A stretch of 63,982 nucleotides of DNA, filler included, from Collodictyon triciliatum (lineage: Eukaryota): NCBI GenBank assembly GCA_043381765.1. It is 5 parts of 5 records of this genome, joined end to end, with 100 filler letters (N's around TTAATTAATTAA, not from the genome) between each part and the next. Parts side by side here need not be neighbours in the genome. Positions count along the whole stretch, not along the records: positions 1 to 13,425 come from JBHJMP010001988.1; positions 13,526 to 26,932 come from JBHJMP010001989.1; positions 27,033 to 40,435 come from JBHJMP010001990.1; 2 more parts are not named here. One strand, given 5' to 3'. The translations under genes and the position numbers were made by a program. Shown here in pieces: positions 12,688 to 27,384 of the stretch. A model generated the notes under the pieces. It saw only the letters and a program-made list of their open reading frames with translations, was not told where the DNA came from and made no database searches. Every line of letters starts with the position of its first letter. Position 1 is the first letter of the stretch.

Positions 12688-13197
12688 ATGCTGCGCTCAC
12701 TTTTTCCAGGATCCTTTTCTCTCCCATGTCAAAGTCTTGCCAGAAACACCATGCTTATGCGGTGCGGCAGTAGCAGCAAAACAAGCAAAGCAAACGCTTC
12801 TCAACAGAGTCCAAAACGTGAGGCAACGCCTTTGACACCAGCAGATATTGCACAGCTCAAAGGCGAAGTACAAGCAAAGGCTGCCGAACTCAGCATCCCG
12901 TGTTTGGGATTTACAACCGGTGCAGCAGTGGATGCAGATACTTTGGCCCACTTTCGAGAATGGCTAAGCAAAGGGTATCATGGAAATATGCGCTTTCTTG
13001 AGAGACCCGACCGGCTCGCTCGTCGTGAAAACCCAGACCTGATTCTGCCCAACGTGCGCTCGGCAATCCTTTTTCTTCTACCGTACTTGCCCGGCCGCAA
13101 ACACTTCCCAGACGCTCAAAATGATGCACGAAATGGTGCGGTATCATCCTATGCTTGGGGCCGCGACTATCACGACATTCTCGGGGATAAACTCCAG
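12688..13197 (+). CDS. queG: Epoxyqueuosine reductase QueG-like protein, first exon, with putative mitochondrial targeting peptide (truncated by contig end)
   Basis: FREWLSKGYHGNMRFLER...RENPDLILPNVRSAI...GAVSSYAWGRDYHDILGDKL matches the QueG N-terminal motifs (WLxxGYHGxMxY/F; SxYAxGRDYH). N-terminus MLRSLFPGSFSLPCQSLARNTMLMR is Arg/Ser-rich with no acidic residues. GT donor at 13198. Confidence 0.85.
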
Positions 13198-13425
13198 GTA
13201 AATCACATGGCCTATTTCGTGCTATGAAATAGTAAACATTGATTGTTGGAACATGCGCGTGGCTAATGTTAGATTATATTATGTTAAGTTAGGTTTTTAT
13301 AATATTTTATAACACGATTTGATTTGATTTGATATGATTTGATTTGATTTGATTTGATTTGATTTGATTTGATTTGATTTGATTTGATTTGATTTGATTT
13401 GATTTGATTTGATTTGAATTGATTT

Positions 13426-13525
13426 NNNNNNNNNNNNNNNNNNNNNNNNNNNNNNNNNNNNNNNNNNNNTTAATTAATTAANNNNNNNNNNNNNNNNNNN
13501 NNNNNNNNNNNNNNNNNNNNNNNNN
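13426..13525. other. Artificial contig spacer
   Basis: N44-TTAATTAATTAA-N44 (stops in all six frames). Confidence 0.98.
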
Positions 13526-13682
13526 TTATCATTTTCTATATCATTTTCTTTATCATTTTCTATATCATTTTCTTTATCATTTTCTTTATCATTTTCTTTA
13601 TCATTTTCTTTATCATTTTCTTTATCATTTTCTTTATCATTTTCTTTATCATTTTCTTTATCATTTTCTTTATCATTTTCTT
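13526..13682. repeat. 12-bp tandem repeat (TTATCATTTTCT)n
   Basis: Direct reading, at the contig start. Confidence 0.9.
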
Positions 13683-13775
13683 TTTCAACAACGTGATTAG
13701 TCAGGGAGAGTGATGGGCACATCATGTAAAATGCATATTTGGGATACACCACTAATGTCAGAGCTGTAGTCTTAC

Positions 13776-16552
13776 CGAACAGCAGTCTCAGAACCGTGTT
13801 CCTTGAAGTCTACAAACTTCATGACTTCGGCGCAAATGAAGCTTAAGTAAATCCACCACAACGTAAGGAATGGATCGAGTGATATATTGAGGAACAAAAA
13901 GGTAAATTTAAAACAGTAATTAGATGTCATAGTAACCCAAACGAAGCAAATATATCCTTTCATGATAATGATTGATACAAATGATAACTTCAATTTGAGT
14001 TTCATCCTGAAATGTTAGTCTGTGTACTTACCCCTTTTCAAAGTCAGAGTGAATGGTACCGGCAGCCTGAGGAGCTTTGGTGCCACCCTGACCAAATTTA
14101 ACCATTCATTACAATGGATTCTCAATATGTATCATACGTATTAGAACTCAAGTTCGTACACAGATGGAGATGAAGATTTAAATATGTATGTTGTGGTAGA
14201 CGCATAATGACAATAAAATATGGTTATCTTATCCATAATAGGTTTACAGAAAAATAAAGAAAATAATATTGATTTATGGTATGTGCCCAAGATACAAATG
14301 ACAGCATAAATGCAACTTCTTACAGAGATTGTCCAGCACTTGACTTCGTCTTCTCCAGCAGTGAAGAAGTGAATCTAACAAAGATTCCATATTAGTAGTG
14401 CGTTGAGACTATGGCCAAATACAAACAATATGGTGTATTGTCATGGATATGTGATATTTACAAGTCGGAGCGAGTGGTAACCAGTCGTGATGATTTTGGA
14501 GAGGGCGCTGTTCACAGACTTAGTTTCGCAGTAGGCTTTACGGGCGGCATCGTCAGGGAGAGACATGAGCTTTAGGTCATTATTAATATTAACAAAACGG
14601 TGACAAATATTCAATCGATGCCAGCAAATTTGCTGAGAATGTTTATATTGTGTTTGTTTTGTTTCTTTTAAAAAAAAAATAGTAACGTAATATGGTCATT
14701 GGGTAAGCTATTACATGGGATTCAAGTGCACCGCTGAAAGGAATCAGGATTTCGCCTCCAGACTTCTCATCGATCCACGCCTTAATCTTTGGCAACCTTG
14801 AATGTGCACGGATGCGAATCAACCATATGAACAAATGCACATAAAGGTTTCTGCCGTGCAGAAAAACTGGGAATACTGTGATAAGAGTGTATATATAGAG
14901 AGAGAGTGCAAATTTGATCGCACGCGAAGAATGATACCATTTATTCTTCTTTCGGGCATAGTCTTCCTCAGAGAGATTAACCAGGAAAATCACTGGCTTT
15001 GCTGTAAGCAACTGGTGCGGGTTGATGAACTCAGCCTGGAGCAATCATTTATTGTTTGTGTGAATAGTAGTCATCTGAAAAAATATTAAATATTAAAAAT
15101 TGGAATGGTGATATTGAATTCAATAAAGGAAAATTTTTTGGAAAAGAAACAGAAATAGAAATAGGGGTTTTGGATAAGTATTTTATGGCTTTATTAAAGC
15201 GTAAGCCAAACAATTTAACATATAATGATGTGTCAGTCCCATACCTCGGCAGCCTTCCAGTCACCAAAGCGGACCTGCTTGCCTTCTTTGACCCACTCGT
15301 ATACTCTCTTTAGTGCTTCCTAATTAAAAAAAAAAGTGGGCGAATACTTTAAGAAATACATAAGGCTGGGATTATTGTGGTAAATAGTCCTTATAATATG
15401 TGCAATTCTTGAGAATCTTGCATAATGCTTATCATAAACTCACATATTCTGCCTTCTTGGATTTATCAACTCTTTGCACGTGTTTTTCAAGAGTATCGAC
15501 CAGCTAATAAATAAATGGATCAGCTCGCCTTCAAGCAACTATACTTAAATATAGGGACAAAGTATTCCATAATAGGAAAAGGATTGTAACTATTTTAAAC
15601 AGACTTTTTGAAGCAACTCGAGGTCCTTCAACCGCAACTCCTCACAAATGATTTCCAAGTCGCGGATTCTATGTGTATTAAAAAAATTACATAATAGTTG
15701 ACAGTTTTCTTCGGCATAAAGTGATATGTAGTTTCGTGTTATAAATATGGGGAAATCTCACGGATTGACATCTCCTTCCACATGAACAACATCCTCGTGA
15801 TCGAAGGCGCCTGTAAGAGTTAATGCCCACGGTTAGATCAAGGAGTTGAGGAGTAAAAGAAGGTATCCCAATATTCAGGACCATTTTTTCCCTTTATTCG
15901 ATTCAAAACATTATTCAGAACAATGAAATATTCAGAACATCAATAGGCTCAATTTGGCCCGTGATGTAGTACATGTATCTTGGCCGATTAATGAGAGAAA
16001 ACTCACGAACGACATGGAAAATGGCATCCACGGCGCGGATGTGAGACAAGAATGCATTGCCTAAGCCTTGGCCTTCTGAGGCTCCTCGTACAAGACCAGC
16101 AATGTCAGTCACCTATTGTTGTTAAACGAGAGTTGAAGCCAAGAGGGCAATAAGGTTTTACACAAAATATCGAAAGGAAGACTTGCTTAATAAATGAATT
16201 GAGTACGAGTTGGATGCGTGTATGTGTATTCGTTCTTTCTTTATGTTCTGGTACGTGTGCAAAGAAAGTATTGAAAAGTCGAGGATATGGTGCTTTTTTG
16301 TCATACGTGCAAAAACCCAGGCACTTGACTTCCTGGCTTGTGGAAGGTGCAAAGCCAGTCGAAGCGCTCATCAGGCACAGGAATGCGACGTGGATATTGG
16401 CAATAAGAAAAAATTAAAAATGTTTCTCGTAACTCTGTCTATATGATAAAGTGAAAAGTAACAGGCTTTAGGACACAGTCTGACAAACGCATAAGACACA
16501 AACGAAAGTGCCTCTGGATCAATCCGCTCCAAGAAAAAAAATATATTTACAC

Positions 16553-16629
<77 letters not shown>

Positions 16630-16831
16630 AAGGATGAGTATTAAAACACTTATTGATGTTTGGGTCGATCGTGCAGAAAGGATAGTTTTCCGCAGGGACA
16701 TCAAGCTTAGAAAGCGTGTTGAAGAAGGTACTTTTCCCGACATTTGGCAATCCGACGATGCCTATCTTGAGCTGTCCACTCACACGGCCCAGCATAATTC
16801 GCTCTTCTTTTTTCTCAGCTTTGGGAGGCAT
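13776..16831 (-). CDS. OLA1: Obg-like ATPase OLA1/YchF, at least 13 exons, 3' truncated
   Basis: Motifs [102 protein letters not shown], reconstructed by manual splicing. Confidence 0.96.
16390..16653 (-). other. AT-AC intron with U2-like donor in OLA1
   Basis: Donor ATAAGTGT, acceptor ATATCCAC. Splicing restores [14 protein letters not shown]. No in-frame GT-AG solution was found nearby. Confidence 0.8.
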
Positions 16832-17029
16832 TTGTGTGTTCTTTGGGACTGATCAACGAGTTGTTGCACAAAGAACAAGAAAAAGAACAAGAAAAAGAAC
16901 AAGAGAACATAAGGTCAGAATGTATGACTGAACGAAAAAAATAAAGGTAAAAAATAATGAGTTTGTACAGAAACTTAGACTGCTTCAACTATTATGATAT
17001 TGAGTACGAGTTTAAGTGGGTTGTCAAAG

Positions 17030-17222
17030 TCTTTTTGTGTTTTTGTTTCTTTGTTCTTTTTGTTTGTTTCTTTGTTCTTTTTGTTTGTTTCTTTGTTTCT
17101 TTGTTTCTTTGTTTCTTTGTTTCTTTGTTTCTTTGTTTCTTTGTTTCTTTGTTTCTTTGTTTCTTTGTTTCTTTGTTTCTTTGTTGGTTGGTTGGTTGGT
17201 TGGTTGGTTGGTTGGTTGGTTT
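17030..17222. repeat. (TTTCTTTG)n/(TTGG)n microsatellite
   Basis: Direct reading. Confidence 0.9.
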
Positions 17223-17929
17223 TGGAAAGTAGGAAATTCTTGTGCGCCTTTCATGACAGAGAGGGAAGGGAGGATAGGAGCAGAAGGAAATCTATGAAAG
17301 TGCGGGGGGCGCAGCCAACCTGAAGTTGTAAGGCTCGATTGTTGTCTCCGGTCGTAAGTTGCAGGATGTGTGATTCCGGAGCAGAGGGCGCCGAAGACTT
17401 GAACGGATCAAGAGCTTCCGATCCTGTGTGGTCAACTTTCATCCAAATTCGGATATTATAATATAATAGTATTATATCTCTCATTATATTGATAATGAAT
17501 CATATAAGAGTAGAAAATTAATATGTATCAATATATATATTATATAATATTAAGAATAATGTTTACGAGTTAAATTTAAGATTTTGAATATTTGAATTTT
17601 ACTGAAGGTATATTAAGTGCAAACACATATACCGTCTCGTTTTACCAGAAAAGTTGGTATTAATTTCATTCGATGAGCACTGCTATCGATACCAGCACGA
17701 GAACCCTGAGCAGCCATAACCTCCGGCCCAAAACTGCTTCGAGAGATCGAAACCAGAAATCCACCTACCCCCATTGGGACAGCAACGAGACAACACCCAC
17801 CCACCGTTTTTCCCAGCTCTGAGTCTACCCACAGAAAACCAGCATCCAATCTCGCCCCGCCTAAACTAACTCTTGCCACGTACCCTTAGGCTCCCTTCTG
17901 CACTAGACCCACCAAAGCCCGATCACCCT

Positions 17930-18822
17930 ATGGTACGAGTCTATTCATCCCAGATCTCATCCCGCAGCTAGCTACGCCTCTGTCGGCCTTCATTACCCTA
18001 CTTCTCTTCAACTCATCACGTAACCCACAGGCTGCCCAGGAACCAGAGTTCAAGCTTGTCCTTGTCGGCGACGGAGGCGTCGGAAAGACCACTTTCGTCA
18101 CCCGCCACATCACTGGAGAGTTCGAGAAGAAATACGAAGGTTGTGAATAGAGCCACTTGCCAAGCTTCCCCATCGGGACCCCTGTTCCTTTCTCGCTAGC
18201 CCTGCCACTTTTTCAGACTCCTTTTTCGTCTCTGGGCATCCTTTCATTTTCGACACCGCTTTACTAAATGTGATTCGCCCATTTGTCTTCAGCCACTGTC
18301 GGTGTGGAGGTCCGCAAGCTGCGCTTCTTCACAAACCGCGGAGCGCTCGCCTTCAACGTGTGGGACACAGCCGGACAGGAGAAGTTTGGCGGGCTGCGTG
18401 ACGGCTACTACATCGGCGGCCAGGCAGGCATTATCATGTTCGACGTGACCAGCCGCACCACCTACAAGAACGTCCCCAACTGGCACCGTGACCTTACGCG
18501 TGTCTGTGAGAATATCCCCATCGCGCTGGTGGGCAACAAGGTGGACGTCAAGGACCGCAAGGTCAAGGCCGGCCAGATTGTCTTCCACCGCAAGAAGAAT
18601 CTGCTCTACTTTGAAGTCTCGGCCAAGAGCAACTACCAATACGAGAAGCCGTTCCTCGGCCTCGCCCGCAAGCTGGTCGGAGACCCGGCCCTGACGCTCA
18701 CGGCCCAGCCCAGCACACTGCCCCCAGAGGTGGCCATCGACCCCGCCTACATCGCCCAGCAAGAGCAGGAGCTGCACGCCGCCGAGTCCGCCCCCCTGCC
18801 TGAAGGAGACGAGGAGTTCTAA
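17930..18822 (+). CDS. RAN: GTP-binding nuclear protein Ran (exons 17930-17932, 18031-18139, 18293-18822)
   Basis: [60 protein letters not shown] and an acidic tail PLPEGDEEF. The first coding exon is the ATG alone. Confidence 0.98.
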
Positions 18823-19468
18823 GCTGCAGGCGCGACCGGCTACTCGAAGGGACCAAAGCCCGGGGGCATGTGCAATGACCCGCCCTAATGTCACGCCTTG
18901 CCCGGCCCGTGCAATCACACTAGGATGGTAGTAGTATCCCCGTCCGCAGTCCATTCGCATAGGGTCTGGCTGGCATGTTGTCTGGCCATGTCACACTTGC
19001 GCCTCCGTCCTCAGCATGTCTCGGGACATACCATCCAATATCAGTCCCTCCCCATTTCTTCCACTACTGCGTTTTTTTTTCTTCCTCCGTCTTCGCTTTC
19101 TCTGCCACACTCTCCCTTTCGTGCCGCGCTCACCCTCGTCCTCCCAGCCTCGCTCACTCTGTCGAGCATCCAACTGCACATCCACTGTACACCTTTTGCT
19201 CTCCCGGAAGGCTCCAAAATAAACCCCGTCTCAACACCTTACTCACACACACGCCTGTCCAACGCCAGCCTATGTCGCATATCGGTTACCTAGGCGTCGG
19301 ATAGTTGCAGCGGGGTTCTTATATCGGAGCTTCGACTCCTCAGAGGGCGCGTGATGGAAACCACTTGCATCACGGCTTAGTCCACGCATCACACAGCAGG
19401 TGGGATTTTGCTGAGTGCCGCGTAGCCTGACGTCCTACACTCCCAAGATTCAGACGCGATAATCACGG

Positions 19469-21604
<2,136 letters not shown>

Positions 21605-21803
21605 TACGACCTGTCAGAGAGAAAGTTTGGTTGAATAAATTCGACCACCAAATTAGTATACCTTGATGATGATTTCGCATCATTTCTTGTACCCACTCGT
21701 CTCCACCACTTGCTTGAGAAGGACCTTTTATGGTCGTACTCTTTCATTTCACATTCATGATAGGCAGGAAAGATAAGCAGGATGTAAACATCAATCTCTT
21801 CTT

Positions 21804-21837
<34 letters not shown>

Positions 21838-22023
21838 CAAAACATTCAACAAGGTAATCAAACGTGCGTGATTTAATCGACGATGCCGGCGAATCAGTAG
21901 AGAACCAACACACAGACTCGGAGAGTTCGAGTTCATATAGCATCGGCACAAATCAAGATTGTGATGCCTGAAAAAATGTTCCTGATGACAATCGTATTCG
22001 CCATCAGTGCGGCGGGTATTGGT

Positions 22024-25000
22024 TTAGTGAGAAAAATAAAAAAGATGAGCTTCTCCATGATTTTTGCACCCGACGAAAGGGCAAGTCGGAGGGTGTCGGT
22101 ACTGCTCCCAATGTGTTTTCTTTTGGTCTCGGCAGAAGCCCCCATAGCGGCAAGCTGGAAGGAGAGCCGATGCCCCAGAAATCCCCGACACTATTTTCAT
22201 TCTATCCAGAGCGTCTTTGAAGATGGTGAAGTTGTTGACGGAGTTATGGTCATCCTTAATTGCAAAGATGATCTGTGATAAAGTACGTGTGCCTGTCTTA
22301 GTATTTTAAAATAAAGAAATAAAAGGATAAACAGGAATAAATTAAAAAAATGCAATCAAGCGAAGTACTGATACGACAATTTGACGGTATGTGCTCGTAA
22401 TCTCCTATACACTCCCAATTAAAATAAAAGGGAGGAAATTCAATTAAATAAATAATAACTCTTTTAAAGTAGTGACCAAAGGAGTGAATCACAGATGAAA
22501 ATGCCTCTGCAACTACCGTTGGTGGGTTATTGTATGCCCCGCATCCAAGGGCACCAAGAATAACCACATTGCATTCATTATGAATGCATATCTTTAGAAT
22601 AGTCTCGATTTTTTTGGACGTATCGTAAAATTCGCCAAGCCCAAACTGCCGGTTGCGTTCACTCTTGATGGCATACGCAGCAACAAAATCGCATTGGAAG
22701 ACTTCGTCCAGAAGAGGATAACCTTCGGATTCTAAGCCGCGGAATACAGTGACATCTTTTGTATACGCGCCACCGAAGGGTTCCATGGGGTAACCCTCTG
22801 ATATCATCTGAGGATTTTCACTTTCCCATGCACTATCCAGTCGAGTGCAGTAATTTGAGCGCCGAAATAAATTCTCTTCCTGGGCAGCATCCCCTTTTTT
22901 ATATCCACCTCCAGGGCTAAACTTTGAGGCCATATTTAACACAGCCACATTTTTCATCCCTCTGTTTTCCGACAATATCAACCTTGCTGCCTCTAAGCAA
23001 TCAAGATTTAGCACTTGAACGGTGTGTCGATGTGAACTCAATCCAGTGGGGAGAAAAGGGGCTTCTTTGTAAAACGTATTCCTCCCGGCTGATGGTATAA
23101 GTATGCGCTTCCCTTTTGAATTCAAAAAATGCCCATCTCGGAAATATTTGATCGTATTCAACATTACCATTACTCTCATAGGACGGACTTCTTCAAGGCT
23201 GCCCCGTGGATTTGTTGATGTTGAGGCTGCTTTTCTTTTTTCGTATATTTGGAATGCTTGCAACCATGCTTGTGGGCTCCATTTCTTGTTTCCGTGTTCC
23301 CATGTTCGAATACATTCGCATATGTGAACATATTTGCACAAAATATCAGGATTAAAGTCTTCAATAGAAAATGTTGTTTCTATTGATGGAGGTGGGACAG
23401 GCATATGATGTCCTTCTATGTAAGATTCAACAGAGTCTTTTTCACTTCGTGCTGAACCTCGTCGCACATACTTCGTTTGTTCTAGAATTAGTGAAATCGA
23501 TTATTTTTTTATTAAATCTTTTGCACAAAAGTAAGAGAAGGAAATGGCGTGTATCTGATTTTTTTCTTCCATTTGACAAATAAAAACATTCATTTTACCT
23601 AGACTTGCAAGGGTTTTTTTATTATCTGATACTGTGATGATTGTGCGCCCAATTGTTAATTTCTCGCCAGAAAGAATTGATATCATATCAGAAACATTAA
23701 AGAATATTGCCTTCACCACACGTTCAGACGAACTCTGTAATTGCTCGATGTTTATGGCCAATATATCAATATTATTAGTCCTGAAATGTGATAAAAGACC
23801 TTCGTACAATTCGATATTCGTAATTCCGTGAAAGTACAGAGATAAGGGCGCCCATTCAATCTTCAATGTATTCCAGACGTAAGGATTAGACAACAAAATT
23901 CCTTCTGATGTAAGAAAGTCACTCATTGTGATGATATGTTTCCCGTATGTATAAGAGTATCTGGCTTTAGAGGCTCTCAAAAAGGATTCGAACAGTTTGT
24001 TAGGCTCTGTGGGCTCAAAATCCAAAGATACTTGTATGTCAACACTCTTAGACTTGGATACAAAGAACAAAACCCCATCAGAGTCAAAGGACCCAACTCT
24101 AAAAACATCTCCTGTACTAAATTTCTCAACTGATACATAGAACGCATTTATAAGTGGAATAGGTGTGATAAACCTTATGTCTTTTCGATGCTTCCTTAAT
24201 CCTTCCAGTGCACGAGGTTTCAAAAGTTCATCGGAAGAAAATATGCTGATAAAATAGCTAGAGTCTGCCTGTAATCGTTTCGCCTTTGGTGATTCTGGCT
24301 TGGGTTGTGTGTTTACTCTATCTTGATTTTCCCTTTTATGGGGGTCGGCTTGATACTGATCTGTTGTAGCTGGCACCTCATTCGATGTCTTTCGTATATT
24401 AGATCTTTCACTTGGGTTTTCTATATATCCGAAAGGCTCACCAGACGCGCCTGTATTCGACCGTGGTATTATTTTGGTTGAGGAGCTGGCCGGAGGTACA
24501 TGGTTTGTATCTAGAACGGGTCTAACGGGAGGATTTTCGTCACACTCACCAACCGTTTGTGGTTTACGTTGGGAAGAGGCTGATGTTGGCCTATTTGCAG
24601 TTAAAATAGGCTGTTTCAATCTAGGAGACGGAGACAAACGCCGGGAAGGGGTTTCGCGTATTTCTTTATCCATCGCATTCTCATAAGTACTTGCATTTGC
24701 TTTGCCTATAATATCTGCACCACCGGTGAGAGCCACATCGGGGTCAGATATAATATTACCACCATAATTTGGTATCTTTGGTGAAGCTATTCGGACTGAT
24801 GAAGATTTAGAATGTTGATCAGCATGTGCTTTGGGCGCTACAGAGACTGCTGTTTTTCCTTTGTCTGATTTTGACACAATCCCGCCGTAGTATGTAGCCT
24901 GGGACGTTCTATTTGGTGAAACCGTATCTAACTCCGTATCGTAAGACTTTGGTGAGGTGGTATTCGAGTTTGAATCAACTTTTCTGAATCTGGGGACTCT

Positions 25001-26694
25001 CTCGGTAAATTCCGGAACATTACCGTCTATTTTAATGACTGACTTTGATAATATTCTATGGCTGAAAAAATGTGCATATGGAAGTTCGATTGGAGAACTT
25101 TGCCTATCGAATATGTCGATGGAATTATCAATCAAGTTTAGCGAGTGTCTGATATGTTGCTTGAGAAACAAGAGATATTCTTGAAACTTCGAACATTGCA
25201 TGAGTGTGACCTCGCGATATCTTTCAATCTACAGATTAAGATTTAGCTTCATACTACTATTGTCGAACATAACTGAGAACTACGCATTATATAATGATAT
25301 AAACAGGAAGTAAATCCCCGATTTAAAACAAAAAAACATACCTTTTCTGAAAATATTCGTTCTTCTTCGTCTATCATCATTCTTGCCTTTTGAAACTGCT
25401 TTTCTGCATCGATTTTGAGCTCCATAATGTAATTTTCAATCTACACAAGTAAAAATAATAATAATTCATTTGTTTTTTCTTTCATCAACTATACCACGGT
25501 ACAATGCGAGCAAATAAAAGGGGTAATATAATATATAGAAAGAACAAAACGAAGTGTTAAAACATACCCCTTTCATTTTTGTCTTAATATCAATATGGTG
25601 AGTAGCTGCAAATCCTTCCTTCTCTATTAGTTGAGACTTGGTCTTCTTCAGTTCTTGGAGTATTAGTTGAACTCCGTATTCATATTTTTCATGACGATGT
25701 TCACCATGTTGTGAAGTGTCTGTTTTTGCACATTCATTACACATGAAGATAATCTCCGCATGCCCATCAAGGCAAATTTGAGCAAAAGGAAGACTGTGTC
25801 TTTGACAAATGGAACTGACTGGCGCCTTTCTTGTCACTGGAAGCTCCCTTTTATATCAAATATAATTATTAAAGATATGGCATAAATTTAGAACAGAGGT
25901 TTTTTTTATTTTTTTATTCTTCCTTTCAATTTTGTGCAGGATGGTGAAGATGTTAAATTTAGAACAGAGATATTTTTTTTTCTCTAAGAGTGCTTGACAA
26001 ATAAAACCAAGGAAGTTTCAGTATTCAATATTGGTGATCATCTTTATGTGTAAAATATCACCTCATTTGAAACGGCAATATGCAAATATGAATGAAATAT
26101 ATATATATATATATATATTGGAATTAAAACATGAAAAGGGCGGTTTTACCACTATGATTATAGCTATAGTAGTTATTATCAATATATACGTGGGTGATTT
26201 CGAGAAAATAAGAAATTGGATTTTATAAATAAAAAGAAAATCAAATTACTTTGGGGGTTTTCTTTTAAAAAAAAGGAAAGAAGGTAGATTGTATTACACA
26301 ACCTTATTCTATGTTTAGTGAGCTCGGTTGTTGACCCGTGGGCAGAAAAGCATTTTTTGCAGAGCATCCCACACCCGTCCAAGCAAGATGCATCGGCGTG
26401 TGTGCCTTTGTGCTTCTCACATTTCCGCTCCAGATATGCATCTTTTTCGTAGTAGGAAGCCAACTCCAAATGAGAAGTAGACAAAGGAAGGGTAGAGACT
26501 CGGCCGCCTTCGAGCTTGAAAGCTTTATTGCACAGAAAACAGCAGGGCTCGGTTTTGCTGTCCGTGTTGGTCGGGTCAGAGAGTCCTTTGTGAAGTTGCT
26601 CAACACAGGCTGAGCAGTAGACGTGTTTGCAGGGAAGAATATGCAGTTCGTTCAGTGCCCTACCGCACCCCGGGCAGATCCACTCGCTTTCCAT
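22024..26694 (-). CDS. RING/B-box/coiled-coil (TRIM-like) protein fused to an RRM-like region, a bacterial-type PARG (DUF2263/TIGR02452) macrodomain and C-terminal PBZ-like zinc fingers
   Basis: RING CPGC...LPCKHVYCSAC...CFLC; two B-box-like CxxH...C motifs; coiled coil; PARG signature VLNMASKFSPGGGYKKGDAAQEENLFRRS plus LGALGCGAYNNPP. Last exon 22272-22024 encodes CRYGGFCRDQKKTHWEQYRHP and CPFVGCKNHGEAHLFYFSH*. Six exons are joined in frame by GT-AG introns. Confidence 0.82.
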
Positions 26695-26848
26695 CAGATC
26701 GCCTAGACTTTTTTCTTTTCTTTTTAAATCATTTGGTCAATACACTTTGTTATAATTTCCTTTCTCTTCTAGATGTCGAAATTATTGCTTTTTTTGTGTG
26801 TGCGTGTTTTTTGTTTTTTGTTTTTTGTTTTTTTTTGTTTTTGTTTTT

Positions 26849-26932
<84 letters not shown>

Positions 26933-27032
26933 NNNNNNNNNNNNNNNNNNNNNNNNNNNNNNNNNNNNNNNNNNNNTTAATTAATTAANNNNNNNNNNNN
27001 NNNNNNNNNNNNNNNNNNNNNNNNNNNNNNNN
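26933..27032. other. Artificial contig spacer
   Basis: N44-TTAATTAATTAA-N44. Confidence 0.98.
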
Positions 27033-27035
27033 GTT

Positions 27036-27268
27036 TTCTCCTACTCGCGTTTGCTCTCTCCCATGCGCTCCCATCCCGCCCCTTTGTATGGCATAACCTC
27101 GCTACACTTTGAATCGAATAAAGGAAAAAAAATCACTGATTTCTTTCCAGTGCTACCCTCTCCACAGTAGTGTATTCTCCTACTCGCATCTGCTCTCTCC
27201 CATGCGCACCTATCTCGCCCCGTTGTATGGCATAACCTCACTGCACTTTGAATCGAATAAAGGAAAAA
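27036..27268 (+). repeat. Tandem duplication, ~139-bp period
   Basis: TTCTCCTACTCGC...GTATGGCATAACCTC...CACTTTGAATCGAATAAAGGAAAA at 27036-27128 and 27175-27268. Confidence 0.9.
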
Positions 27269-27384
27269 TGTGGTGAACTGTTTGGGTGTAGGTTAAAAAA
27301 ATTACCTTAATAAATCGTATATTTGCTTGCTTATTTACTGAAGCGTTTTGAAAGGGATGACATCGATCCAAGATGTACTAATCT

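Noticed and set aside
14797-14937. OLA1 intron beginning GTATCATT as a U12 GT-AG intron
   Set aside because: It deviates from RTATCCT and has no U12 branch point near the acceptor.
18289-18960. 223-aa minus-strand ORF
   Set aside because: Antisense shadow of the GC-rich Ran coding exon.
19326-19339. T-loop-like GGAGCTTCGACTCC suggesting a tRNA
   Set aside because: No acceptor, D or anticodon arms could be built around it.
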